DNA from: Basidiobolus meristosporus CBS 931.73
Taxonomy: Eukaryota; Fungi; Basidiobolomycota
DNA: 64,000 nt
Direction of reading: 5' to 3'
Assembly: GCA_002104905.1 (NCBI GenBank)
Contig: MCFE01000122.1
Span: 62,001-126,000 of the forward strand
Below, in pieces: positions 25,830 to 38,294 of the stretch. The notes below the pieces were generated by a model. That model was not told the origin of the DNA, ran no database searches, and saw nothing but the letters and a program-made list of their open reading frames with translations. Each line of letters starts with the position of its first letter. Within the stretch, counting starts at the first letter, position 1. The translations under genes and the position numbers were made by a program.

Positions 25830-26734
25830 AGACTTGTTCCGTTGGATGGTGCCACATTGAGCCATGAGTGCCAAATGATGCCACAGGGTATGATACAGTT
25901 ACTGGTAATTTTATTCAATCTTACTTATGTTGCTCAGAATAGTGCTTTCCTTGCTTTATTTACTCTTCACAATGCTCCAGACACATTTCTCTCAGTGTAT
26001 AGACTTGTTCTGTTGGATAGTGCCACATTGAGCCATGAGTGCCAAATGATGCCATAGTGTGCCAGAGAGGCCAAGTAAGCCTAAACTTAGCCACAGAGTG
26101 TGAAACATAGATCTGCATCTTCATGCAGAGCATCCCATGTGTCTCACCTATGATGCAGGAGAAAATCCATTTTTTGACGTTTTTTTGTGGATCAATATTG
26201 TGCAGGATGTGCAAGAGCACTAAAGGATTGAAGATATACATCTGGTACTCAATACCCATGGCACTCTGAATCTAGCTCCTGTGGCTTGTAACATGTCACA
26301 AAAATGCATGGCACTATCTTGGTCCACTGGTACTATCTGGCACCATATTTAACTATTAGCCCTAAAGTAAGATCTATACAAAGCACTTATAGTGCCAAAT
26401 AGTACCAGTGGACCAAGATAGTGCCATGCATTTTTGTGACATGTTACAAGCCACAGGAGCTAGATTCAGAGTGCCATGGGTATTGAGTACCAGATGTATA
26501 TCTTCAATCCTTTAGTGCTCTTGCACATCCTGCACAATATTGATCCACAAAAAAACGTCAAAAAATGGATTTTCTCCTGCATCATAGGTGAGACACATGG
26601 GATGCTCTGCATGAAGATGCAGATCTATGTTTCACACTCTGTGGCTAAGTTTAGGCTTACTTGGCCTCTCTGGCACACTATGGCATCATTTGGCACTCAT
26701 GGCTCAATGTGGCACTATCCAACAGAACAAGTCT
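25830..26734. mobile_element. Foldback/MITE-like insertion with Harbinger TIRs
   Basis: Bounded by agacttgttcc and gaacaagtct, with ATA on both sides (25827-25829, 26735-26737). A further TIR copy starts at 26001. Confidence 0.72.
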
Positions 26735-26848
26735 ATACACTGAGAGAAATGTGTCTGGAGCATTGTGAAGAGTAAATAAAGCAAGGAAAGCACTATTCTG
26801 AGCAACATAAGTAAGATTGAATAAAATTACCAGTAACTGTATCATACC
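25887..26848. repeat. Perfect 450-bp inverted repeat with 62-bp spacer
   Basis: Arms 25887-26336 and 26399-26848 read as exact reverse complements. This produces the identical 99-aa ORFs 25960..26259(-) and 26476..26775(+). Confidence 0.96.
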
Positions 26849-27537
26849 ACTGGCATCATGGTTGATATTATAGTGCTAGATAGTGCCGTAGAGTGCCAGA
26901 TCAATCCGGCACCATACACCGGCTGGCAATATGTGGCACTATCCAACGGAACAAGTCTTTTATACTAGTGCCTAAAAATCAAGAGACACCAAAGATCTGC
27001 AAAGGCATTGAGTGCAATGATGAAGAGTGGGCTAATATTCAAGAGGCTGTTAGAAGTCTAGCATGCCATCACCTTAAGGCTGGCATACCATGGGGCCATC
27101 AGGAACTCAAGGCCAAGCAGAATGCACTTTACTTGTTCCATGAGCATTATCCTGGATTCAAATGGGCAAACAAATCTTGGGCCAGCATTGGGTATGCTAA
27201 GAAAGTATCTTAAGAATAGCAGAAACTGCCAAAGGCAGAAGTGCAAGGAAGCCATGACTAAAAACCAGCCTCTTCCTAAAGAGCCTGTTACAAGCAGGGC
27301 AAAAAGCTCCACACAAGTGTCAAAGAGGCATCAGGTAGTCTGAAGAATGCCAATAAGGGAAAAGCAGGCAGACACAGATGTGCCAGCACAACATTTATCA
27401 AGGAAAAAGTGTAGTGTTACTCAAGAAGCACTCAGTCAAAGTAGCAGTGAAGGACCTGGTAGTGACAAAACACATAGCTAGCTTGGGAGCCTGTCACAGC
27501 ATGGGCTCAGAGCTTGAAACAAGCAGGAAAGAAGCGT

Positions 27538-28950
27538 TGTAGTGGGGTCAGAGTGACACCTGGTGACACATGTGCTCATTCACATATTTTCTACTTCCCT
27601 ATTTCTCTACTACACTTATTATAGTTTTATCTCAATTGTGATACTTGATCTGTACTATCCCATAAGCTGGCTGACTATCACACCAGCTTACCTTATTGCT
27701 TAAGTTATCCTTCACTTTATGTAAGATTCCTAGCTGAAAGTGCTCCTATATTAGGCAAGTATACATGCTAGTACTCATAACACATGACTAAGCTGCATTA
27801 CCATCCCTACCATTTTGATAACACATACGGTATCCCTATATTATACAGGTTTCAGATCACTGAACCCTGATTGGTTGGGTGTGCTGTGCCTATTAGAACC
27901 TTCCAGCCCCTACTTTGTACATTTTTACTCCTTCTGATGTCATTAAGTTTTCTATTTGACCACTGGAACCTTCTGGAATACCATGATTAGTAATCACTTT
28001 GCCAGTGAGAAAAGTATATAAGGGGGCAATCATTGAACAATAAATCATCATCCCTTTTATCAAAATACCAGCGTGTGGACCAGTGTGATCACTGCTACCT
28101 GCTGCTCCCTGAACTTCCAGTCCCAGACCACAGGTCACTCCCAGGAGACTGCACTGACAGCCAACTGACCTGGTAGGCATGGCTTGTCAGGATTACTCAT
28201 AGTAGGTATCTTTTATTATATTTGATTCTTTCCCAAGTTTGTTCTTGTACAGGCAAAGATACTTTTCTGTCTTTGTGACTATTGACCACAGCTGCATTCT
28301 TATCAAGTCCCTGCTGGTGGAGCTTACAGTTGTTTGACTTTGGAAGGTTTAGTGCATTTTCATCTCAAAAGAAGTTGAATCCAGCACATACTTATGTTCA
28401 GGTGCCAACTAAGTTGGGTTTATAGCTCTATGATTTTCCCTTGACAAGCTTGTGGCTTTATTCCCCATCACATTAGATTAGAGACAGAACCCTAGCTTTC
28501 CTAGAAAGTGTTTGCCAGAGGTTGTTGCACCCAGTGAACACCCCTCACTCATAACACTTGAGAAGTGTTAGACATATCTCTCCCTTGAACTATACACCAC
28601 ATATTTTGCACCCAACATGGGGGGGTGCATTTAAGCTCACTAGGACCCAACAAGATTTGCCAGAAGATTTGAGCCATTATCCACTTATTGAAAGGAGTAC
28701 CAATATTGTCAAGATTGCAACACCAACTTACCTACCCAAAATGAGCTCTATGCCATTACCACTCTCACATGGAGCCCCACAGTTTGATGGGAAGAATGTG
28801 GAAAGCTTTATATTCAAATGGAAGAGCACTGCAAGATGTGCAGCCTATCTGAACAAGAAATGGCTGAAGACTTCCCTCACTACTGCACCAATGATAGTTC
28901 CAATAAGCTTCTCAGACAAGGAGACATTCTCATTGACTGGGCCTTAATGA
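27538..28950 (+). mobile_element. Family L1 5' LTR (27538-28601) with tRNA-Lys-like PBS and truncated gag
   Basis: LTR homologous to 15202-16272. ttgcacccaacatggggg at 28606-28623 resembles TGGCGCCCAACGTGGGGC with CpG-to-CpA changes. Followed by the gag-like HGAPQFDGKNVESFIFKW. Confidence 0.85.
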
Positions 28951-28989
28951 AGACCTACCTACAAAATGTCAGGTAGTCAGAAGAGTACC

Positions 28990-30190
28990 CATAAGGGACA
29001 GGCAGGCAGAAACAGATGCATCAGTGCAGCATTTGACATTTGACAAGATACAAATTGTTCAGTACAAGATGCACTCAGTCATAGTAGCAGTGAAGGCCTT
29101 GAAGGCAATAAAAACATCCAGCTTTCTCAGGAGCCCATCACAAGCAGGGCTGAAAGCTCCAAGCATGTGTCAAAGAAATATAAGGTTGCCAGGAGAGTGC
29201 TGGCAAGAGACAAGCAGGCAAAAATAGTTGCACAAGTATGGCATTCAACAAGGAGAAAATAAAATAGAATACAAGAAGCATTTAGTCAAAATGACATTGA
29301 AGGACTCAACAGTGATGAAAACCTGCAACTTTTTCAGGAGCCTGTCCAAAGCAGGGCTAATAGCTTCAAGCCAGTGGCTAAGAAATGTCATGTTACTGGC
29401 AGAGTGTTGGCAAGGGGCAAGCAGGCAGATATAGATGCACAAGTGCACCATTAATGAAGGATAAAACAGAGTACCATGCCAGAATCACTCAGTCAAAGTA
29501 GCAGTGAAAGACTTTGCAGTGATAAATATAACGGTAAAAAAAAGGTGTATCTAAGCCAGAGACAGGTAGGTGTGTGAAGATGCTGTAGTTCTCACCAATG
29601 AGCAATGCCAGCCCAGAACAAGTTGAATCCCATCATAGCCAAGAAGAATTACTTATAAATCATCAGCTGTTTTCTCATGTGCTGGAAGTGCAGCCAGTTA
29701 AGCTACCATCCAGTGGGGTAGATGAGTTTGCTGAGAGAAGCTATCTGTCTACCATGGCCACCATATCAGCCATGGTAGACAGAGTGGAGATTCCACTGAT
29801 GGGCAGAGTAACAATGCAAAGAACTCAAGAGACTATTGCTATGCCTACAGCAGAATTTTGCAACATTAATAGGGATATCAAGAGGTTGCAGCACTTCTTA
29901 AGAGCAGTGCTCCAGAAAATGCACTTGACTATTACAAGGATCTATTGCAAACACTGGCAGATGAGGTATCAGACCTTGCAGTGCTAGGTGAATACTAGGA
30001 CATATGGGAACCAGTGAGTTTACAGTGGCATAAAGCCACAGGGTTCCTGCCAAAGTCATGGAAAAAGGGCATTGCAGCAGAAATACTTATTGAAAGGCTG
30101 ATTATAATGTAGTTCATTGCAGAGTGTAGAGTTGAGCTTTATATCAGTGTTGGGTATAGAGACTTGTATAGGTCATTACAATTGGCAACT
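28990..30190 (+). pseudogene. CACTA-like partner-gene 3' remnant with tandem ~210-bp repeats
   Basis: Repeated cactcagtcaaagtagcagtgaag-type units. ORF 29598..29987 resembles 58830-59170. Confidence 0.8.
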
Positions 30191-30194
30191 GGCA

Positions 30195-32780
30195 ACCTGA
30201 GCAAATATTTCCCAAAGTCTAGTCCCAAGATCTGGGAATAGCCTTGTGCTTATCAACAGTACCCATCAATGCTATTATGAACTTGTAGACCCATTTATAT
30301 CCAATTGGCCATTTCCTGTCTGGTAAATCTACCAGTTTGCACATTTTTGCCTTGATCAGTGATTGTTACCCCTCCTGAGTGGCTTATTGCCATATAGTAG
30401 CATCTTAACTCAGCATTGCCTGTTCCAGATTCTGAGGTTTGGCATATAAGGCCAGATAAGCTTCTTCATGATCATTTGATGTCTGCCACCTGGATCCAGG
30501 GGCATTTCTTATTCCAGTAGATCCCCTAGCTGCAATAATATGCTCTGATCTGGAACTGGTATAATTGTCCCACATATCTGGCTGAATTAGGTGCACATCC
30601 TCTTTAATAGTGTTGATTGCATTATGAAGGAGCTGGCCAATGCTTTCAGTGGCCTTCTGATCTGAATCCTCCTCAAATACACCATCCCTGCACTTGATCA
30701 GATTCTGAATTTTGCCATCATACACTCTTACCAAGTAGTATCCTCACAATCTCCAAGAAAGATACCTTTTCTACTCTTGGGTTCTAACTTTGAGCATTTT
30801 TTGTCATGGATGTGATAGAAGATTCCACTGCCAAAGATCCTGAGGTGCTGAAGGTCTGGTTTTTTGCCTGTATATGTGTCGAAGGGTGTAAAGTCATGTA
30901 GTGCTGTTGTTGGGTATCTATTATGATGTATACCAAGGTAGCAACCGATTCATCCCAACACTAGTAGTCTGTTACCTTATCATGAAGCGTATTTCTTCCC
31001 ATCTCTACTATTGTTCCATTTACATGTTCTGCTAGTCCATTTTGATGGGGAGTGTTTATAACAGTGGCCTGTTGAAGTATACCAATAGATGAGCAGCATT
31101 TTGCAGACTCTGTTGATCATTATTCCCGTCCATTGTCACTTCAGAGTACCTTCAAGTTACACCCAGTTTGTGCTTCTGCCATATTATTGAAGTTCTTAAA
31201 CATCTGTAAAGCCTCCTCCTTTGCTGGAGGAAGTACACCCATGTATATTTTGTCTTGTCACCAATAAATGCCACAAAGTATCTCTTGGCTCCAAAAGAAA
31301 GTGCTTGAATGGGCCAGCGTATGTCTGAGACACAATAGCCAATATTCCAGTGGTGCTAATGCCTCCTGAGTTCAGGAAGCATTACCCAGCTTGTTTGCTG
31401 TATAAACATCCCTTACAGACACTCAATTTGACTTGAATTATGTAATGCAAGCCCAAAAGAAGCTAATTTTTTACCAATTGGCTCATTTTCTGTTCCAAAA
31501 TGTATCTTAGCCTTGTATACTACATCCCCCAGTTGGTTTTTTCTGTTCCAGCAAGGATGGCATACCCAGGTAAAGTGATCTTGCATTGTAACTTGTATAT
31601 ACCAACTGATGTTAGCTTCCAGTGCAGAATTGCTCCCTGGATAAGTCTTTCTTACTGGAATAGTCTTTAAGTTGCTGAGCCACTCCTCAATACAGCAAAT
31701 ATGCTGTGATGCTCCAGAGTCAATATACCATTCATTACTTTGGCTACTTGCATTCTCTTGTACATTTACAATTTACTGTTTATCTGTGAATAAATGGTTT
31801 GCCTGCTCCAGTTTCCATTTTTGTGTGCTTTTTCTTCTTTTATTCTCTTTCCCAGTGTCCTGTCTTCTTACAGCAGTCACAGCAACAAGATTCTCTTTGA
31901 TTTTTGTTGCTTTCCCTTCTTTTCTGAGTGCTTGTGTGAGCTCAATAAAGCATTAGCTTCAATTTTCTCTTCTTGATCATTATGTCTAAGCTCTTCATGA
32001 AGATGTCTTCATTTTGTATAGTCTAAAGTCAGACTGTTTTCTCTGCTTTAAAAGACAGTATAAGTGCCACATACTTGTCTGGTAAGCTGCATGTGTCTCC
32101 ATTCTTGTATGAGTTATAGAATGTCATCATCTGGCTACTTCCTCATGGTAAAGAACTTTTGTTTTAAATGCAGCTTGCTTGATGTTGACTTTGAGCTAAA
32201 GATCTTCTCTAAGGCTACCCATGCTGCTTTGGCAGTATTTGAAGCAAGAATTTGTCCAATGAAGGAATCCTGCACACTATTACATATGGCATTAAAGGCA
32301 TTTCACCTCCGTCTCTTGAAACTTATCCACTTCTTCTGCTGTTCCTTTGGGCTCAACTTCTCTTCTTGTTACTATACCTTATAGCTTTCATTCCTTAAAA
32401 TGGATCTGCATCCTGATTCTCCAAAGTCTGAAGTTCTGACCTTCAAGCCTCTCCATTACAGGGAAGATGTTTGTAGTGTTCTGTTTGCTGGTAAAAGCCA
32501 TATTCTTGATAGATCAAAGCAATTGGGGCTCATAACCTGTTGCAATTTGACAAGTAAACTGGATATGGGGAACCTATCAAGTTATAGTGAATAATAGTTG
32601 CACTATTGTCTATTAACAAGGAGGTTCAGTGTATATACCTTTGTAGAAGTAGTACAACTGTGACACCAAGTAAGGAGGGCTTCTCAACACTCAGGAGCAT
32701 TCTGTAACAGTTTCAGGGTTAGTAAATAGTGTTTGGTAAAAGTGCTGATTTAATCTTGACTGGAGGGGAATACTCATTGG
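30195..32780 (-). mobile_element. Truncated Ty1/copia, family B (5' LTR from 32538, gag, integrase, start of RT)
   Basis: PBS ggggctcataacc next to TGTTG at 32538, integrase SDNGRE, RT start (KWVYK). LTR differs from family A; its right boundary is approximate. Confidence 0.78.
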
Positions 32781-33003
32781 ATCATAGATCTGAGGAATGT
32801 AGTAAACTTTGGGCTGTAGTTTAGTTCTACAGTGGCCAAAATTAGCCCATAAATGTCAGGTAAATTTTTGGCTGCTGAATGATACAAAAATGTCTAATAT
32901 TACCACAAAAACATCTTGAATTTCAACATGGAATATCTTGTAGATCTGCCAAGTACTTCTGTTACTTGACCAATATTTTCCTTGTCACTGCTAACTTTAG
33001 TAT

Positions 33004-36000
33004 TGTTACAAGTCTTGGTATAAGAGTTGTAGAGGAATAGGGAGTTTAGCTAGTATTGTATTCACTAAAACTTGAACTGATTTTTATTGAGGTTCCAGCA
33101 GCTCCTTATATACATTTTGCCAGATCAATTGCTGACTAATTGTATTTCCTAATGTAGGTTGTGGCTGATGACTCATTTGATTGCATCATCATCACCCAAT
33201 AAGATCCTACTTAATATATCTATTTCTGTCTGATAAGGATCTGCTGATTCATTTGCTGACTAATGCTACTGATTTCATAGATAATACTGATGTACTGATA
33301 ACCTAAACATATACTAACTGATTTGACTAAAAACTGATCTAACTTAAACATTCAAGCGGCAGATCATAACATTCTTCCCTACTAAAGTTGAGAGGGTTCT
33401 CCTGAATCTCTTTTCTTGTGATACCAATATCTTGATGGTTCAGTATTATCAGGAAGTCTTGCAAGCTTGAGTCTGTCCCTATGCACTAAGTCTTCCCGGA
33501 TATTACCTTGCTTGTCCACCAGTTGGTAAGTTGCAAATGGACATTCTCTGATGATCTTGAATGGTCCTGTCCATTGTGGCTCAAACTTCTTCCGAGTGTT
33601 GTTTCTTAGCAATACAAAGTTCCCAACTGTCAATGCTTCTGGTGCTATAGTCTTATCAAATCTCTGCTTCATCTTTTCTGCACTTTGAGATACTTTGGTC
33701 TGTGCCTCTTGACGTCTTTGTTCCAGTTGCTGGTGTCTACTTGGCTGACTGAGTTCATCTTCTAAGGTGTCTGTAAGCTTTGGTTGTGTGAGATCTCCTG
33801 GAATCCTTGGTTCACATCCATAAACTAAGTAAAATGGTGATTGCTGGGTGGTGTTGTGTACTCTGACTCTGCATGCAAAGAGTGCTTGGTCTATATACTC
33901 ATCCCATCTACTGACAACTCCATTTGCATACTTGGTCAGCATTTTTCCAAATAATCCATTAAACCGCTCAGTGACTCCATTAGTTCTGGGGTGATATGCC
34001 GAGGTTTTCAAGTGTCTGATCTGCTGCATTTCCAGGTAAGCCTCTAATGTCTTTGCCATAAAGTTTGCACCTCTATCGGATAAGATCTCCACAGGGCATC
34101 CAAACTTCATCAGGATCTCATGGTAAATGAAACTTGCAACTTCTTGTTCACTGGCTATTGGTACAGCTTTAGCAACTGGCCATTTAGTGGCATGGTCAAT
34201 TGCTACTAGGATCCAACGGTTGCATTTCCTGGTAGTTGGCAGTCTTCCAATAAAGTCAATTCCCCATCTCTCAAATGGTCTTACAGGCTCCAAAGGGAAG
34301 AGTTCGGCAATTCTTTGTGGCTGGCCTTGATTGATTTGGCAGTTTGGGCATGTTTTTACTAGCTTCTCAATGTCTTGTTTCATTCTGGGCCACCATGCTC
34401 TGGCTTTTACAAGGCTATAGGTTCCTTCAATCCCAAGATGTCCATATCCATTGTGTAGCTTATGTATTAAATCCAGGCGAGCAACATAAGGACAATAGGC
34501 AATAGGGCTTCCATCAACAATTCGGTAGAGTGTTTCATCCTGTACAACAAATTTGCTGGCTTCATCCCGGATTATCTTCTTGATATCTTCATCCACCTCA
34601 TTAGGAATGGCTTGGTCCTCCAAGTACTTTGGTAATAGGCTAGGCCAATCTGATTCATGCACCAAGTTGAGTTGTGCAACTTGATCTAATCTTGATAAGG
34701 CATCAGCAACCGTGTTGTTTTTTCCAGGGCAGTAGACAATCTCCAGGTCAAATTGCTGAATGTATTCACTCCATCTTGTCATTCTTCTAGAGAGTACCTT
34801 CTGAGTAAATATATACTTGAGGGAGGCATGATCAGTCTTCACAGTGCATTTGACTCCTTCAATATAGCATCTCCATGTCTTCAAACAGTGTATTATAGCA
34901 AGCATCTCCTTCTCATGGACTGGATAGTTTTGTTCTGCTGAGTTCAGTTTCTTGGATTCAAAGGCAACAGGGTAGTCCTTTCCCTCGTGTTCTTGGCTCA
35001 GCACTCCACCAATTGCATAATCTGAAGCATCTGTGCATAGAGTGAACTCTTTTCTGAAGTCTGGTATTCTTAAGCTTGGCAACTTAGCAAGTTCATTCTT
35101 TAGCGTCTGGAAGGCAGTCTCACAAGCTATGTCCCACTTGTAGGTATTGTCTTTCTTGAGGATATCAGTTAAAGGGGCTGCAATACTTGCAAATGACTTG
35201 ACAAATCTCCGATAATAGGAAACCATTCCAAGGAAGGATCTGAGTTCTGATATGCTATGGGGCTGCTTCAAATTCTTGATTACTTCCACCTTCTTGGGGT
35301 CTAAGGTTACTCCTGTGCTAGTCACTATGTGTCCCAGATATTCTACGTGTTCCTTGAAGAATTCACACTTGGCTAGCTTGCCATATAGCTTGTTCTCTCT
35401 TAGTTTCTTCAACACCTTTTCAATGTGTACCATGTGATCCTTTTCTGTCTTGCTGTATATCAATATGTCATCCAGGTAGATTATCACAAACTTGTCTAAG
35501 TACTCCTGAAAGACAGTCTGCATCAGCGTCATGAATGTTGCAGGGGCATTAGTGAGGCCAAAACTCATGACTAAGTACTCGTAATGTCCATATCTGGTCC
35601 TGAATGCTGTCTTAGGGATATCTTCTGGTTTTACCCTAATCTGGTTGTATCCTGACATGAGGTCAATCTTGCTGAAAATAGTGGCTCCATTAAGTTGGTC
35701 TAAAAGCTCATCAATCCGAGGTATGGGGTACTTATTCTTGACGGTAACTGAGTTCAGGGCTCTGTAGTCAATGCACATCCTAAGTGTTCCATCCTTCTTT
35801 TTCACAAAAAGCACTGGTGCTCCCCAAGGTGACTTGCTGGGCCTGATGTATCCTTGCTCCAATAGCTGATCAATTTGTTTCTTCATTTCCTCCAATTCCA
35901 ATGGACTCATTCTGTAAGGTGTCTTGCTCACTGGAGGGCTATCTCCTGTGTCAATGGCATGATCCACGTCTCTGACTGGTGGTAGGCTTACAAGCTCATC

Positions 36001-37941
36001 TGGAAACACGTCTGAATATTTCTTCAAGAGAGTCTGGACCTGCTGGGGTGCTGGGATAGAGGAATCCTCCTGTAATACTGCCATGAGGAACATCTGGGTA
36101 CCTTTTCTAAGTGCTCTACAGAACTGGGTCTTGCTAAGTTCACTTGTCTCACACACACTGGAATTGACCAAGTTGAAATCCAGCCTGGCAGGTAATAGCT
36201 CATAGGTCTTGTTGTCTTTTTGGATCTGAGTAGCATGGGTTCTCCAGTTGATTGATGGATTACGACAAAATAGCCAGGTTTTCCCAAGTACAAGGTCAAA
36301 CTTGCAGTTCCCAAATATATAAGCCTGTAGGTCTTCTTCATAGTCATTGATCTTCATTCTTACTGGCTGGGTAATACGGTTGATTATGTGGGAGTTCCCA
36401 TCAGCTGTGGAGACTGAAGTTGATTTGGTAGGTTCCGAGTTGATTCCAGCTTTCAAAGCAAATTGCTCTGACATGTACTCATGCGATGCTCCTGAGTCAA
36501 TCATGATCTTGGCAGGTACTCCATTGATTGCTCCATTCAGGTACAATAACTTCCCTGAGTTTGAAGTCATTTGGGACAAGTACTCTTCTGTCATATGGAA
36601 GGTGAGTTCCGAGTCTTCTTCAAGCTCATCTTCCTCATTATTGTGTTCATGGGATTCAATATGGTTGAAGGTTCTTGTTGGCTGGTGTCCATTTCTTCTC
36701 TGAGGGCAGTACTTTGCAATATGTCCCTGCTGGTGGCAATTGAAGCAAAGTCCTCTCTTCTTGCATTCTTCTGAGGAGGGATTCTTCTGCATAGCGTCTA
36801 TTTCCATTGGTACTGCTTCTGATTGTCTTCTTTCATAATGATTATAGCCTTTCTGACTAGTCACTGTAGGCTTCCCAACTCCAAACATAGCTGAGTCATA
36901 GTCAATGGCAATCTTGATGGCTTCTTCAATAGTCTGAGGTCTTCGGTAATTGACTTCCTTGCGAGTTCTTTCTTTCAACCCATCAATAAAGTATTCAACT
37001 TGATCCAAGGGGTCCATTCTTTCAATTTGTCCAAGTAGACATCTGTACTCATAGATGTATTCTTGCACCATTCCTTTCTGTCTGAGTGTCTTTAACTTCC
37101 TTCTTAGTAGTGTCTGCTGGTGTGGAGGTTCAAAAGCATCCTGAATTTCCGACACAAACTCATCCCAGGTAGAGATTGTAGAGCATCCCATCATAGTAGC
37201 TGACCTGATCTTGTTGTGGTACCACTGTAAAGCTGCATCTGCCAGGTAAGAAGCTGCATAATGCAACTTGCTCTCTGGAGCAATTCCTTTAGCTTTAAAA
37301 GCTTCTTCAATCTGAAAGAGCCAAGTTCCCAGGTTTTCATTGACTCTGCCATGGTACCGGTTGACCTTCACACTAAAGTTGCTCTTGATAGGGCTTTGCT
37401 GGCTCTGAGCCATGGTAGTCATTCCTTGTTGCTGTTGGCTGAGGATCTGGAGTAGCTGTTGCTGTTGGGCCAGGATTTGCTGCATGGCATTCTTCCATTC
37501 TTGATTGTCCGACATCTTGAGGGTGGTTTCTTCTTTCTTCAGGAGGGAGGTTTCTGGTTATCGCTGCTACCAATGTTACAAGTCTTGGTATAAGAGTTGT
37601 AGAGGAATAGGGAGTTTAGCTAGTATTGTATTCACTAAAACTTGAACTGATTTTTATTGAGGTTCCAGCAGCTCCTTATATACATTTTGCCAGATCAATT
37701 GCTGACTAATTGTATTTCCTAATGTAGGTTGTGGCTGATGACTCATTTGATTGCATCATCATCACCCAATAAGATCCTACTTAATATATCTATTTCTGTC
37801 TGATAAGGATCTGCTGATTCATTTGCTGACTAATGCTACTGATTTCATAGATAATACTGATGTACTGATAACCTAAACATATACTAACTGATTTGACTAA
37901 AAACTGATCTAACTTAAACATTCAAGCGGCAGATCATAACA
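33004..37941 (-). mobile_element. Intact, very young Ty3/gypsy retrotransposon
   Basis: 368-bp LTRs at 33004-33371 and 37574-37941 read as identical. 4-bp TSD GTAT at 33000-33003 and 37942-37945. PBS TGGTAGCAGCG, polypurine tract AGGGAAGAA. Confidence 0.98.
33382..37515 (-). CDS. Gag-Pol polyprotein, 1377 aa, single uninterrupted ORF
   Basis: [14 protein letters not shown] knuckle, protease DSGAS, RT YLDD, RNase [11 protein letters not shown], integrase HHCC plus D,D,E (GIDFIG, SDRG, VTERFN). No chromodomain visible. Confidence 0.97.
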   Translation of the reverse strand: MSDNQEWKNAMQQILAQQQQLLQILSQQQQGMTTMAQSQQSPIKSNFSVKVNRYHGRVNENLGTWLFQIEEAFKAKGIAPESKLHYAASYLADAALQWYHNKIRSATMMGCSTISTWDEFVSEIQDAFEPPHQQTLLRRKLKTLRQKGMVQEYIYEYRCLLGQIERMDPLDQVEYFIDGLKERTRKEVNYRRPQTIEEAIKIAIDYDSAMFGVGKPTVTSQKGYNHYERRQSEAVPMEIDAMQKNPSSEECKKRGLCFNCHQQGHIAKYCPQRRNGHQPTRTFNHIESHEHNNEEDELEEDSELTFHMTEEYLSQMTSNSGKLLYLNGAINGVPAKIMIDSGASHEYMSEQFALKAGINSEPTKSTSVSTADGNSHIINRITQPVRMKINDYEEDLQAYIFGNCKFDLVLGKTWLFCRNPSINWRTHATQIQKDNKTYELLPARLDFNLVNSSVCETSELSKTQFCRALRKGTQMFLMAVLQEDSSIPAPQQVQTLLKKYSDVFPDELVSLPPVRDVDHAIDTGDSPPVSKTPYRMSPLELEEMKKQIDQLLEQGYIRPSKSPWGAPVLFVKKKDGTLRMCIDYRALNSVTVKNKYPIPRIDELLDQLNGATIFSKIDLMSGYNQIRVKPEDIPKTAFRTRYGHYEYLVMSFGLTNAPATFMTLMQTVFQEYLDKFVIIYLDDILIYSKTEKDHMVHIEKVLKKLRENKLYGKLAKCEFFKEHVEYLGHIVTSTGVTLDPKKVEVIKNLKQPHSISELRSFLGMVSYYRRFVKSFASIAAPLTDILKKDNTYKWDIACETAFQTLKNELAKLPSLRIPDFRKEFTLCTDASDYAIGGVLSQEHEGKDYPVAFESKKLNSAEQNYPVHEKEMLAIIHCLKTWRCYIEGVKCTVKTDHASLKYIFTQKVLSRRMTRWSEYIQQFDLEIVYCPGKNNTVADALSRLDQVAQLNLVHESDWPSLLPKYLEDQAIPNEVDEDIKKIIRDEASKFVVQDETLYRIVDGSPIAYCPYVARLDLIHKLHNGYGHLGIEGTYSLVKARAWWPRMKQDIEKLVKTCPNCQINQGQPQRIAELFPLEPVRPFERWGIDFIGRLPTTRKCNRWILVAIDHATKWPVAKAVPIASEQEVASFIYHEILMKFGCPVEILSDRGANFMAKTLEAYLEMQQIRHLKTSAYHPRTNGVTERFNGLFGKMLTKYANGVVSRWDEYIDQALFACRVRVHNTTQQSPFYLVYGCEPRIPGDLTQPKLTDTLEDELSQPSRHQQLEQRRQEAQTKVSQSAEKMKQRFDKTIAPEALTVGNFVLLRNNTRKKFEPQWTGPFKIIRECPFATYQLVDKQGNIREDLVHRDRLKLARLPDNTEPSRYWYHKKRDSGEPSQL

Positions 37942-38294
37942 GTATACCATGTACAAGCACTTAGGTTCTTGTTTGTATGAGTTCCAAATTGACATATGTA
38001 GGAGTTGGACTGTACCAAGGTGAAGCCCAACATACTTTGGTAAAGTCCTCCTTATGAGCATCAGTGGCCTGACACATGCAAGCCCACCTTGCATTACTTA
38101 ACTGATTACCTGGACATTGAGGCTGCTTAGCTTCTTAATGCCAAAGGTGTAGGAACCTCTATGTGCTCATCTGTGCTGAGTATCTTCCAACTCTTCTATA
38201 CTATTCATTATTTGCAAACACATCACAGCCACAATTGACACAAAGGTTATTTTATGATCAGAACGGTGTTAAGTAGCACTTAAACTTGAGATAT

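Larger units (their letters stand above)
22668..26958. mobile_element. PIF/Harbinger-like DNA transposon (4291 bp)
   Basis: TIR AGACTTGTTCC(A/G)TTG at both ends, 3-bp TSD TTT at 22665-22667 and 26959-26961. Contains a DDE_Tnp_4-like transposase and a divergent second gene. Confidence 0.9.
20119..27537. mobile_element. CACTA-like copy: transposase remnant (minus, ~20119-21810) and partner gene (plus, ~22030-27480) split by the Harbinger-like element
   Basis: Same head-to-head layout as 54259-59748. The partner sequence rejoins across 22667/26959 (atagtg-ttt-atac). Confidence 0.88.

Noticed and set aside
25960-26775. Two identical 99-aa ORFs on opposite strands suggesting a duplicated gene
   Set aside because: They are a by-product of the inverted repeat and show no recognisable motif.
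34024-37455. Short ORFs overlapping the intact gag-pol
   Set aside because: Antisense or alternate-frame shadows of a long coding region.
37556-37573. Possible Tf1-like self-priming (ggttatc match between LTR and PBS)
   Set aside because: The match is only 7 nt and lies upstream of the likely TATA box. The PBS begins TGGTAGC, which fits normal tRNA-iMet priming.
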